Source: Eubacteriales bacterium (GTDB taxonomy: Bacteria > Bacillota > Clostridia > Oscillospirales > CAG-382). Taken from it: a DNA stretch of 64,000 nt. The stretch spans positions 11,884 to 75,883 of the forward strand of contig JAZNZY010000019.1 of NCBI GenBank assembly GCA_045595165.1. Reading direction: 5' to 3'. How positions within the stretch are numbered: the stretch's first letter is position 1; each line of letters starts with the position of its first letter. The notes under the pieces were generated by a model. The model did not search any database. It had not been told where the DNA came from and saw only the letters and a list, made by a program, of their open reading frames with translations. The translations under genes and the position numbers were made by a program. Positions 7,671 through 16,147 of this stretch are shown here, in pieces.

Positions 7671-9014
7671 TTGATCGCTTTGAAAAAAATAACAGTTGCG
7701 TTAATTTGCGTTGCAATTTTGGTTCAGCTTTGCGCCTGCGCGGTTTCGGAGGGCGGCAATAATTCTTCTCCCGTTGTGTCCGATTTCAGCGATTTCGTGG
7801 ATATGATGGAGCAAAGCGGGTTTGAGCCGCAGGTTTCCTTTATAGAGGTAAGCGGAGATGAGGATTCCTCTTCTGAAGACGAGAGCAAGCCCGAGGAGAG
7901 CAAGCCCGAGGAGAGCAAGCCCGAGGAGAGCAAACTCGAAGAAAGCAAACCCGAAGAAAGTAAACCCGAAGAAAGCGTTCCCGAGGAAAGCAAGCCGGAA
8001 GAGAGCACTCCCGAGGTAAGCGTACCCGAAGAGAGCACTCCCGAGGTAAGCGTACCCGAAGAAAGCGTACCCGAAGTGAGCGTACCTGAAGTAAGTACCC
8101 CCGAGGTAAGCGTTCCTGAGGTAAGCATTCCCGAGGTAAGTAACCCCGAAGAAAAGCCCGAATACGGCTACACCACGGGGCAAAAGCATACTGCCCTTAA
8201 ATATACCGACAGATACCTGTATTCCATTCTTAACGATCAGCAAAAGGAATGGTACCGCAAAATAGATGCGGCGGTAAGAAATCTTGAGGACAAGGTTTGT
8301 CTGGATGCGGATCTTCTTGCAGATGACAATTATTATATTTTTTATCTTTATGCGGCAGACAACCCCGAATTGTTCTATCTGGGCGTAGAGCTGGGCTTGG
8401 AATACGGCACGGGCAAGGACAGCCTGCTTCTGTCTTATTCCGACGGTGTTAACCACAGCGGATCTGATCGGGGCGGTATGACAGAAGAGTTAAAGCAAAG
8501 CATTCTTGCAAAGAAAGCCCGTTTTGATGCGGAGGTACAGCGTATAATAAGCACCATCCCCGCTGATGCACCCGACGTTGTTAAGGAAAAGCTTATATAC
8601 GATCGCATCCTTATGGATTCAAGCTATAAGCAGGGCGCAGTGTGGGACGGTCCCGCTCCCGACTGTTGGACTGCCTACGGTGTTATTATAAATCATACCG
8701 GCGTATGTGAATCTTATGCGGAAGCGTTCCATACCCTTTGCCTTATGGTGGGCATTAAATGCGTAGAGGTAGTGGGCACCGCAGACGGCGAAAACCATAA
8801 ATGGAGCGCAGTCTGCCTTGAGGGCGAATGGTATATGTGCGATATCACCTTTGATGATCCTATCAACGGCAGGCCCGGTGAAACCCGCCACGAGTTTTTT
8901 AACCTCACCACCAAGCAGATGCAGGAAAAGGACCACAGCATAATGAATATGTATTGGACTACACCTTCCTGCAACGGCACCAAATACGGCTACAAAAACC
9001 ACTTCGGCAAATAA
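7671..9014 (+). CDS. Lipoprotein with acidic P/E/S/V-repeat linker and C-terminal transglutaminase-like cysteine protease core
   Basis: Lipobox-type signal (...ILVQLCAC). Cys-His-Asp core 'GVCESYAEAF...ENHKWSAV...YMCDITFDD'. The start is a TTG (7671, or more likely 7680 giving MKKITVAL...). Confidence 0.75.
   Translation: MIALKKITVALICVAILVQLCACAVSEGGNNSSPVVSDFSDFVDMMEQSGFEPQVSFIEVSGDEDSSSEDESKPEESKPEESKPEESKLEESKPEESKPEESVPEESKPEESTPEVSVPEESTPEVSVPEESVPEVSVPEVSTPEVSVPEVSIPEVSNPEEKPEYGYTTGQKHTALKYTDRYLYSILNDQQKEWYRKIDAAVRNLEDKVCLDADLLADDNYYIFYLYAADNPELFYLGVELGLEYGTGKDSLLLSYSDGVNHSGSDRGGMTEELKQSILAKKARFDAEVQRIISTIPADAPDVVKEKLIYDRILMDSSYKQGAVWDGPAPDCWTAYGVIINHTGVCESYAEAFHTLCLMVGIKCVEVVGTADGENHKWSAVCLEGEWYMCDITFDDPINGRPGETRHEFFNLTTKQMQEKDHSIMNMYWTTPSCNGTKYGYKNHFGK
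7881..8160 (+). repeat. In-frame 15-bp (5-aa) tandem repeat, about 18 units (ESKPE / VSVPE variants)
   Basis: Direct reading: GAGAGCAAGCCCGAG repeated with drift to GTAAGCGTACCCGAA. It encodes 'ESKPEESKPEESKPE...VSVPEVSTPEVSVPE'. Confidence 0.9.
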
Positions 9015-9030
9015 CCATATATTTTTTGTG

Positions 9031-9060
9031 AAAGGCTTTGATTATATCAAAGCTTTTCTT
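9031..9060 (+). terminator. Probable intrinsic terminator
   Basis: An 11-bp stem (9031-9041 / 9047-9057, one G-U pair) with loop TTATA, running into a T-rich tract. Confidence 0.5.
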
Positions 9061-9087
9061 GACATTACCGTACATATATGTTAATAT
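9059..9087 (+). promoter_or_regulatory. Sigma-A type promoter
   Basis: TTGACA (9059-9064), 17-nt spacer, TAATAT (9082-9087). Confidence 0.5.
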
Positions 9088-9121
9088 GAAGACAGTGATA
9101 CATCAGAAAGGAAAACGCTTT

Positions 9122-9418
9122 ATGAGAAATGACGATTGGATAAACCACGCAGACGACGTTCCCGAAGAGCTTTTGAAACAGGCAGCGGAAAAAGAGTTTG
9201 AAAATCAATATCATAATCCGGATTGGAATTATCAGGCTCAAACATGGCACAAGGTCTATAAAAGACCAAGTGTTGCTTACCTTGGCGTTATTGTGCTGGG
9301 CGGAATTGCGCTTACCGTCTTTTTCTGGCCATATATAAAAGAATGGGCGACAGAGCTGTTTGAAAAGATTTCCACAATGTTTTCTTCCGAAGCCAGCGTT
9401 TTTGATTTGTTTTATTAA
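9122..9418 (+). CDS. Hypothetical single-pass membrane protein
   Basis: Start moved to ATG 9122 (MRNDDW...), downstream of the promoter and an AAAGGAAAA RBS. One TM span (VAYLGVIVLGGIALTVFFWPYI). No recognisable family. Confidence 0.4.
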   Translation: MRNDDWINHADDVPEELLKQAAEKEFENQYHNPDWNYQAQTWHKVYKRPSVAYLGVIVLGGIALTVFFWPYIKEWATELFEKISTMFSSEASVFDLFY

Positions 9419-9435
9419 ATATCGGGCGGTGTAAT

Positions 9436-10272
9436 ATGAAGAAAAGATCTGCAGGCGGAATACAAAAGCCCATAAAGCGCAGTGCCTTGCGGGCAAAGCT
9501 GGGTATGTGGTACTACGGCGGTATGCGCCGTTTGTACTGGGTGACCCACCGCAGAACATTTGCCCGTGAGAGAAAGGAATATTTCGGCGAAATACAGTTT
9601 TCCCATAAAACGCCCTTGCTCCGCAAGCTGCGGGACGTGGATATGCAGTACCAATACAACAAAATAGTAAACCTTAAGATCGCCGTAAAACAGCTTGACG
9701 GAATCGTTTTGCGCCCCGGTGAGGTGTTCAGTTATTGGTATCTTATCGGCAACACCACCCGCAAAAAGGGATATATAGAGGGAATGGTGCTCAAAAACGG
9801 CACCTTCGGCTATGGAGTCGGCGGAGGTCTTTGTCAGATGTCCAACCTTATTTATTGGATGACTATACATACACCTCTCACGGTTATCGAGCGGCACCGC
9901 CACGGGTATGATGTTTTTCCCGATTCCAAGCGGACACAGCCCTTCGGAAGCGGTGCTACCTGCTATTATCCCCACGGCGACCTTATGATCCGCAACGATA
10001 CCGACCGTCCTTTCCAGCTTTGCGTCCGCGTGGGCAAGGAGTATCTGGAGGGAGAATGGCGCGCTGTCGGCGAGCCCGAGTTTTCTTACGAGGTGGTGGA
10101 AAAGGACCACGAGGTAAGAAGCGAGTATTGGGGCGGTTATTCCCGCCATAACAAGCTGTTCAGGCGCGTGTACGATAAAGACGGCGCTTTCCTGCGGGAA
10201 GAATTTATCGTACAAAACGATGCAATTATGATGTACCCGCCCTTTTTGAGCGATACTTATACCAAGACCTAA
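9436..10272 (+). CDS. VanW-family protein
   Basis: 'GEVFSYWYLIGNTTRKKGY...GGGLCQMSNLIYWMTIHTPL...ERHRHGYDVFPD' matches the VanW domain core. Confidence 0.8.
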   Translation: MKKRSAGGIQKPIKRSALRAKLGMWYYGGMRRLYWVTHRRTFARERKEYFGEIQFSHKTPLLRKLRDVDMQYQYNKIVNLKIAVKQLDGIVLRPGEVFSYWYLIGNTTRKKGYIEGMVLKNGTFGYGVGGGLCQMSNLIYWMTIHTPLTVIERHRHGYDVFPDSKRTQPFGSGATCYYPHGDLMIRNDTDRPFQLCVRVGKEYLEGEWRAVGEPEFSYEVVEKDHEVRSEYWGGYSRHNKLFRRVYDKDGAFLREEFIVQNDAIMMYPPFLSDTYTKT

Positions 10273-10312
10273 TAATCACGAAAAACCGACACCCGCGTCG
10301 TTTTTTTGTTGT

Positions 10313-10348
10313 CGGGGTCCCCAAGAAGTCGCAGACTTCTTGGGGTGA
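10313..10348. repeat. REP-like palindromic element (inverted orientation)
   Basis: CGGGGTCCCCAAGAAGTC-GCA-GACTTCTTGGGGTG, with a perfect 12-bp stem. Confidence 0.7.
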
Positions 10349-10361
10349 TTTCGCATAGCTA

Positions 10362-10391
10362 TTGATTATTTACTCACATCTGTGGTATAAT
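10362..10391 (+). promoter_or_regulatory. Sigma-A type promoter for metF-metH
   Basis: TTGATT (10362-10367), 18-nt spacer, extended -10 TGgTATAAT (10383-10391). Confidence 0.55.
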
Positions 10392-10423
10392 AATTTATTA
10401 TTCACGGCAAGGAAGTGCTTTTT

Positions 10424-11302
10424 ATGAAAATATCCGATGCGTTAAAGAAAGATACTCTTTCCATATCCTTTGAGGTGTTCCCGCCCAAGACGGAAAGCTC
10501 CTTTGATACGGTAAAGACCGCCACGGAGGAGATCGCAAAGCTGCGCCCTCTGTTTATGAGCGTAACCTACGGCGCAGGCGGAGGAACAAGCAGATATACT
10601 CTGGATATTGCAAAAAACATAAAATCTCTTTACGGTGTGCCTACCTTGGCGCATCTTACCTGCGTTTCCTCCACCAAGGAAACGGTAAAAGAAAAAATAG
10701 CCCAAATTAAAGAAGCGGGCATACAGAACGTAATGGCGCTCCGCGGTGATATTCCCTCCCATCTGGAAAACGCGGACAGATGCTTGTGGGCGTACAAGCA
10801 CGCCACCCAGCTTATATACGATCTTAAATGCGTGGACGAGGATTTTTGTATCGGCGCCGCTTGCTATCCCGAAATACATCCCGAAAGCGAAAATCAAAAG
10901 GAAGATATAAAATACTTAAAGGAAAAGGTAAAAGCAGGTGCGGATTTCCTCACCACCCAGATGTTTTTCGATAACAACCTGCTTTATAACTTTTTATACA
11001 AGATACGGGAAGCAGGCATCACCGTGCCCGTTATTCCCGGTGTAATGCCCATTACCAACGCTAATCAGGTAGAGAGGGCAGTAAAGCTTTCGGGCTCATT
11101 TATGCCTCAGCGGTTCAAAAGTCTTGTAGATAAGTTCGGGTATGACCCTGCTGCAATGAAGCAGGCGGGAATTGCCTATGCCACAGATCAGATAATAGAT
11201 CTTTACGCAAACGGAATAACCAACGTACACGTTTATTCTATGAACAAGCCCGACGTGGCGGAGAAAATACAAAGCAATTTATCGGATATTTTAGGTAAGT
11301 AA
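10424..11302 (+). CDS. metF: Methylenetetrahydrofolate reductase
   Basis: 'SFEVFPPKT...MSVTYGAGGGT...TLAHLTCV...ALRGD' are MetF hallmarks. Start at ATG 10424 (MKISD...). Confidence 0.9.
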   Translation: MKISDALKKDTLSISFEVFPPKTESSFDTVKTATEEIAKLRPLFMSVTYGAGGGTSRYTLDIAKNIKSLYGVPTLAHLTCVSSTKETVKEKIAQIKEAGIQNVMALRGDIPSHLENADRCLWAYKHATQLIYDLKCVDEDFCIGAACYPEIHPESENQKEDIKYLKEKVKAGADFLTTQMFFDNNLLYNFLYKIREAGITVPVIPGVMPITNANQVERAVKLSGSFMPQRFKSLVDKFGYDPAAMKQAGIAYATDQIIDLYANGITNVHVYSMNKPDVAEKIQSNLSDILGK

Positions 11303-11303
11303 T

Positions 11304-13736
11304 ATGAGCTTCAGAGAGTTTTTGAAAAACAATTTGGTTTACCTTGACGGCGGTATGGGCACCATGCTCCAAAGAAAGGGAGTTTTGGGCACGGGACATC
11401 CCGAATTGCTCAATATCACCCACCCCGAAACGGTAACCGAAATACACAAGGCATATTTTGATGCGGGCAGTAACGTGGTCTGCACCAACACCTTCGGCGC
11501 AAATATACTTAAATTTGATCTTTCTACTCTTGAAAATATAATTAAACACGCTTTTCAAAACGCAAACAACGCCCGTAATACCACGGTAAACGGGGGAGAG
11601 AAGTTTGTGGCTCTTGATATCGGTCCTACGGGAAAGCTTCTTGAGCCTATGGGGGACTTATCCTTTGAAAAAGCGGTAGAGGTCTTTGCCCAAACCGTGC
11701 GTCTGGGCGTGAAATACGGGGCAGATCTTATCGTTATCGAAACGATGACGGATAGCTACGAAACAAAAGCCGCCATTCTTGCCGCCAAGGAAAACAGCAC
11801 TCTTCCCGTTATAGTTACCAACGCATACGATAAAAACGGAAAGCTTCTTACGGGGGCAACTCCTGCCGCAATGGTTTCATTATTGGAGGGAATGGGGGCA
11901 GACGCTATCGGCGCAAACTGTTCTTTAGGTCCCAAACAGCTGGCTTCCGTAGCGGAGGAATATATAAAATACGCTTCCGTCCCCGTGGTGTTAAAGCCCA
12001 ATGCGGGGCTTCCCGAGGTGGAAAACGGAAAAACCGTATACGATGTGGATGCAGAGGAATTTGCCTCTGACCTTGCAGAACTTATCAAAAAAGGCGTTCG
12101 CGTTGCAGGCGGCTGCTGCGGAACCACACCCGAATATATAAAGGCTTTAACCGAAAAGACCTCGTCCTTTACTCCCGTACCTTTAATGGAAAAGAATTAC
12201 ACCGCGGTTTCTTCATATTCACACGCTGTGTTTTTCGGAGCATCGCCGTTGCTTATCGGTGAGCGTATAAATCCCACAGGCAAAAAGCGGTTTAAGCAGG
12301 CGCTTGCGGAAAACGATATGGAATATATCCTTTCCGAAGGCGTTTCCCAGGCAGAAAGGGGAGTACAACTGCTTGACGTTAACGTGGGACTTCCCGAAAT
12401 TGACGAAAAGCAGGTGCTTTGCAATGCGGTTCGCGCTTTGCAGGGCGTAACCGACCTTCCCTTGCAGATAGATACCGCTTCTTCTTCCGCAATGGAAAAC
12501 GCTTTGCGCATCTACAACGGCAAAGCTCTTGTTAATTCGGTAAACGGCAAGGCGGAAAGTATGGATGCCATCTTCCCCCTTGTGAAAAAATACGGCGGCA
12601 CGGTTATCGCTCTTACTCTGGATGAAAACGGTATTCCGGAAACGGCATCGGGCAGGGTGGAGATCGCCAAAAAGATACTTAAAAAAGCTGCCGAATACGG
12701 AATAAATAAAAAGGATATAGTTTTCGATCCCCTTGCCCTTACCGTAAGCGCAGACGGAAACGCCGCGGCGGTTACGCTGGAATCGGTAAGACGTATAAAC
12801 ACCGAGCTGGGCTGCCACACCTCTTTAGGTGTATCCAACGTATCCTTCGGACTTCCCGCAAGGGACGGAATAAACAGCGTTTTCTTTGCTCTTGCTTTGG
12901 AAAACGGACTTTCCGCCGCCATTATGAACCCTTATTCTGAGGATATGATGCGCACCTATTACGCATACAAAGCCTTAAAGGGTATGGACGAAAACTGCGC
13001 CGAATACATTTCCCGTTCGGGTGAATTTGTTTCCTCCTTCCAACCCGCCCAAAATAATACGGTTCTTTCGGGAACGAGTCCCCTTATGGATGCGGTAATA
13101 AAAGGATTAAAGGAAAAGGCTGTGGAAGCAACCAAGGAGCTTCTTTCCGAAAAAGCGCCCCTTGATATAGTAAACGAGGATATTATTCCCGCTCTCAACA
13201 AGGTAGGGGAAGGGTTTGAAAAGAATATTATCTTTTTACCCCAGCTTCTCACCTCCGCAGAAGCGGCAAAGTGCGCTTTCGAGCAGATAAAAGCCGTGTC
13301 CGCAAAGTGCGCTTTCGAGCAGATAAAAGCCGTGTCCGCAAAGGGCGGGGAAGCAGTAAAGGGAAAATTTGTTCTCGCCACCGTCCACGGCGATATACAC
13401 GATATCGGCAAGAATATAGTGAAATTACTGTTGCAAAACTACGGCTTTGACGTTATCGACTTGGGCAAGGACGTTCCTCCCGAGGTTATCGTAAAAACCG
13501 CCGTTGAAACGGGCGCGCCTCTGGTAGGACTTTCCGCCCTTATGACCACCACCGTTCCCGCTATGGAGGAAACCATAAAACAGCTTCGTAAATATGCTCC
13601 TCTTTGCAAAATAGTTGTAGGCGGCGCGGTGCTTACCGAGGAATACGCCAAATCTATCGGTGCTGATAAATATGCACGGGACGCAATGGAAACCGTGCGG
13701 TATGCAGAAAGCGTCGTAAACGGAAAGACAGTATGA
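11304..13736 (+). CDS. metH: Cobalamin-dependent methionine synthase, short form (Hcy-binding + pterin-binding + B12-cap/B12-binding; no AdoMet activation domain)
   Basis: Homocysteine S-methyltransferase N-terminus (LDGGMGT..., GGCCGTTPEYI). Pterin-binding block (LLDVNVG, VNSVNG). B12 motif 'GDIHDIGKN' (DxHxxG) and 'LSALMTTT'. The 810-aa length lacks the C-terminal reactivation domain. Confidence 0.9.
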   Translation: MSFREFLKNNLVYLDGGMGTMLQRKGVLGTGHPELLNITHPETVTEIHKAYFDAGSNVVCTNTFGANILKFDLSTLENIIKHAFQNANNARNTTVNGGEKFVALDIGPTGKLLEPMGDLSFEKAVEVFAQTVRLGVKYGADLIVIETMTDSYETKAAILAAKENSTLPVIVTNAYDKNGKLLTGATPAAMVSLLEGMGADAIGANCSLGPKQLASVAEEYIKYASVPVVLKPNAGLPEVENGKTVYDVDAEEFASDLAELIKKGVRVAGGCCGTTPEYIKALTEKTSSFTPVPLMEKNYTAVSSYSHAVFFGASPLLIGERINPTGKKRFKQALAENDMEYILSEGVSQAERGVQLLDVNVGLPEIDEKQVLCNAVRALQGVTDLPLQIDTASSSAMENALRIYNGKALVNSVNGKAESMDAIFPLVKKYGGTVIALTLDENGIPETASGRVEIAKKILKKAAEYGINKKDIVFDPLALTVSADGNAAAVTLESVRRINTELGCHTSLGVSNVSFGLPARDGINSVFFALALENGLSAAIMNPYSEDMMRTYYAYKALKGMDENCAEYISRSGEFVSSFQPAQNNTVLSGTSPLMDAVIKGLKEKAVEATKELLSEKAPLDIVNEDIIPALNKVGEGFEKNIIFLPQLLTSAEAAKCAFEQIKAVSAKCAFEQIKAVSAKGGEAVKGKFVLATVHGDIHDIGKNIVKLLLQNYGFDVIDLGKDVPPEVIVKTAVETGAPLVGLSALMTTTVPAMEETIKQLRKYAPLCKIVVGGAVLTEEYAKSIGADKYARDAMETVRYAESVVNGKTV
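13269..13340 (+). repeat. Perfect 36-bp in-frame tandem duplication inside metH
   Basis: AAGTGCGCTTTCGAGCAGATAAAAGCCGTGTCCGCA occurs twice back-to-back (13269-13304 and 13305-13340), duplicating 'KCAFEQIKAVSA'. Confidence 0.95.
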
Positions 13737-14611
13737 AAAAAATATTTTCTCCCCGTTTAATGCTTGTTTTTTCAATGGTATGCTTTGGCACTATCGGGTA
13801 TTTTGTAAGAAATATAGACCTCCCCTCGGGTGAGATCGCCCTTTACCGCGCGTTTTTCGCCATACTGCTTATCGGCGGCTATATGCTTTTAACAAAGCAA
13901 AAAATAGACTTCGGCAAAGCAAAAAAAGAGCTGCTTTTACTTGCCCTTTCGGGTGCGGCGATGGGCGTAAACTGGATATTTCTTTTTGAAGCATATAAAT
14001 ATACCACCGTTTCCGTGGCTACCCTTTGTTATTACTTTGCCCCCGTTCTGGTAACCCTTGCTTGCCCCGTTCTTTTTAAGGAGAAAATGGGAGTAAAACA
14101 ATGGGTGTGCTTTGTAATGGCGACTCTGGGCTTGGGACTTATTACGGGTATCGGCAGTATGGGCGAGGGGAACCACCTCGCAGGAATACTGTTTGGTATT
14201 TCCGCCGCCGTGTTTTACGCAACGGTGGTCATACTTAATAAATACATAAAGCAGATCTCGGGCATACACCGCACCTTTTTGCAGTTTGTTTCCGCCTTTG
14301 CGGTACTCCTTCCTTACGTTTTGTTAACGGAGGGAATAAACCTTTCTTCCTTAAACGGCGTGGGCTGGGCAAGTCTTGTAACCGTGGGGCTTTTGCATAC
14401 GGGCGTTACCTATTGCCTGTATTTTTCCGCACTCAAAGACCTGCCCGGTCAGACCGCGGCGGTACTCAGCTATATAGACCCGTTGGTGGCGGTAATCGTG
14501 TCCGTAACCCTGCTGGGAGAAACCATTACCCCCGTGCAGATAATCGGCGGTGCGCTGATACTTGGCTTTACCTTGCTTAACGAAATAAAATTCACCCCAA
14601 GAAGCCGTTAA
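13733..14611 (+). CDS. DMT-superfamily (EamA-type) transporter
   Basis: 292 aa, ten hydrophobic spans arranged as two EamA-like halves. ATGA overlap with the metH stop. Confidence 0.75.
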   Translation: MKKIFSPRLMLVFSMVCFGTIGYFVRNIDLPSGEIALYRAFFAILLIGGYMLLTKQKIDFGKAKKELLLLALSGAAMGVNWIFLFEAYKYTTVSVATLCYYFAPVLVTLACPVLFKEKMGVKQWVCFVMATLGLGLITGIGSMGEGNHLAGILFGISAAVFYATVVILNKYIKQISGIHRTFLQFVSAFAVLLPYVLLTEGINLSSLNGVGWASLVTVGLLHTGVTYCLYFSALKDLPGQTAAVLSYIDPLVAVIVSVTLLGETITPVQIIGGALILGFTLLNEIKFTPRSR

Positions 14612-14629
14612 GGCTTCTCGGGGACCCCG
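14593..14629. repeat. REP-like palindromic element overlapping the 3' end of the EamA gene
   Basis: CACCCCAAGAAGCC-GTTA-AGGCTTCTCGGGGACCCCG. The last six codons (TPRSR + TAA) of the CDS are encoded by the element. Confidence 0.7.
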
Positions 14630-14630
14630 A

Positions 14631-14664
14631 AATAAAAAAAGAGCCTTGATAGGCTCATTTTTTA
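14631..14664. terminator. Bidirectional intrinsic terminator between convergent EamA and azlD genes
   Basis: A-run, stem GAGCCT / AGGCTC (loop TGAT), then T-run. Confidence 0.6.
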
Positions 14665-14961
14665 TACAAAAAATTCTGCTAAAAAGACCACGGCGCAGCT
14701 TATTACAGCCACGGGGAAAAGTCCTGCGCCCAGCCATGCGGCAATAATTCCCACGGCCAGCGCAATAGCGCCCGAAACAGGAGAATTTGTTGCGTGAATA
14801 ATGGCGGGGAATGTCATCACCGCAATGGTGACGTAAGGGACATAATACAAAAAAGACTGAATAAATCTGTTTTTTATAGGCTTTTTGAAAATCGTCATGG
14901 GCAGTACGCGTATGCCGAACGTAACCGCCGTCATTATGAGAATATATATCCAGTTTCTCAT
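14662..14961 (-). CDS. azlD: AzlD-family branched-chain amino acid transport protein
   Basis: 99-aa hydrophobic protein ('TFGIRVLPMTIF') with a 4-nt overlap to the upstream AzlC gene. Confidence 0.7.
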   Translation of the reverse strand: MRNWIYILIMTAVTFGIRVLPMTIFKKPIKNRFIQSFLYYVPYVTIAVMTFPAIIHATNSPVSGAIALAVGIIAAWLGAGLFPVAVISCAVVFLAEFFV

Positions 14962-15695
14962 TTTTTGCCCTCGCTTTCCGTTTTACGGGGAAAAACAAGA
15001 GCCGCCAGCGCGGATATTGCCACCGTCAAAATAATGGTGCGGGTGCCCTCGGATATGTCGGATACCACGGGAAGTATGCCCGCAAGCCAGCTTGCCGCAA
15101 AGCTTACCAACACCGCGATAAGTACCCTTTTGTCCTTCTTGGAAGGAGGTATGATTATGGCTATAAACATACCGAATATAGCTACGCTCAGAGCACTTAC
15201 CGCTCTGTCGGGCAAAACGCTTCCCGCAATTATGCCGATGGCCGTGCCTGCCGCCCAGCAGGGGGATGCCATTAATGCGGCGCCGTAGGTATACAGCGGG
15301 TTTATGTATCCGTTTTGGGCGATGGATATACCGAAAATCTCATCGGTAATATAAAAGGACACTCCCAGTCTGTGCAAAAATCCCATCTTCGGGTCTGTCC
15401 TCTGGCTTAATGCAAAGGACATGAGCAGGTATCTGGCATTGGCGATAAGGGTTATAAGTGCCACCTCCGCAAAGGCGGCGGAAATCCCCATAAGAGTAAA
15501 TACCGCGTGCTCACCCGTGGAGGTGTTGCAAAGCAGACTTGCAAAAAATCCCTGCAGGGGAGTTATACCCGCGCTCTTTGCCGCCACGCCGAGAGAAAAG
15601 GAAACGGCTAAATATCCAAGCCCTATAGGGATGCCGTCTATAATACCCCGCCTGAAAACAGCGCGGTTTTCTTTGTTTTTAAGAGAATATTTCAT
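14958..15695 (-). CDS. azlC: AzlC-family branched-chain amino acid transporter permease
   Basis: 245 aa, multi-TM. 'FRRGIIDGIPIGLGYLAVSFSLGVAA' is a typical AzlC N-terminus, and the gene is paired with azlD. Confidence 0.75.
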   Translation of the reverse strand: MKYSLKNKENRAVFRRGIIDGIPIGLGYLAVSFSLGVAAKSAGITPLQGFFASLLCNTSTGEHAVFTLMGISAAFAEVALITLIANARYLLMSFALSQRTDPKMGFLHRLGVSFYITDEIFGISIAQNGYINPLYTYGAALMASPCWAAGTAIGIIAGSVLPDRAVSALSVAIFGMFIAIIIPPSKKDKRVLIAVLVSFAASWLAGILPVVSDISEGTRTIILTVAISALAALVFPRKTESEGKK

Positions 15696-15712
15696 TTTTT
15701 GCCTGTGCTTTT

Positions 15713-16015
15713 TTATATTTCAAAATCCATACAGCGTCTTTCGGCGGTGAAGGGAACGACCAGATTTTTTGCCACCCAAACGTGGTCGGGGTGAACGGCA
15801 TAGCCCTTAAGTGCATCAAAATCCACAAAGGTGCTGTCAAGGCAAAGGTCAACGTTGGATGTTTCCAAAGCGCGAGTATAAACCTTTATATCCGTAAGCC
15901 CTTCTATTTTACCGTAAAGTGCTTCCAGTCCGTTTTTTATATCTGCTTTTATTTTTCCTTTTTGCGTATCGGTGTACTCGCTTTTAAGAGTCCAAAGTAT
16001 AATGTGCTTTACCAT
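15713..16015 (-). CDS. Dabb (stress-responsive alpha/beta barrel) domain protein
   Basis: 100 aa. 'MVKHIILW...' with C-terminal 'YAVHPDHV', typical of the Dabb family. Confidence 0.75.
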   Translation of the reverse strand: MVKHIILWTLKSEYTDTQKGKIKADIKNGLEALYGKIEGLTDIKVYTRALETSNVDLCLDSTFVDFDALKGYAVHPDHVWVAKNLVVPFTAERRCMDFEI

Positions 16016-16147
16016 AATAAACGTCCTTTTTATTAAAACGATTTAAAAAATAATACCACAAACCCGTAATTTTGTAAAGGAAAATATGGAAAAACCCGGT
16101 TTTTTGTGTTATACTTTTTGCAAAGTATGAAAAGGAGCGGTTTGTTT

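Noticed and set aside
7881-8160. Possible CRISPR-like or other non-coding tandem array (also considered for 32518-33369)
   Set aside because: The repeats are contiguous with no unique spacers. They are in frame (periods of 15 bp and 213 bp) and lie inside well-supported ORFs. No cas genes are present in the window.
7701-8456. 251-aa and 134-aa minus-strand ORFs with 'LTSG/LSSG' repeats
   Set aside because: They are antisense translations of the 15-bp ESKPE/VSVPE coding repeat of the lipoprotein gene.
10392-10423. Expected SAM riboswitch or T-box upstream of metF-metH (and a purine riboswitch upstream of purC at 4751-4808)
   Set aside because: The leaders between the predicted -10 elements and the start codons are only ~30-55 nt. 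They show no riboswitch-size structure or conserved boxes.
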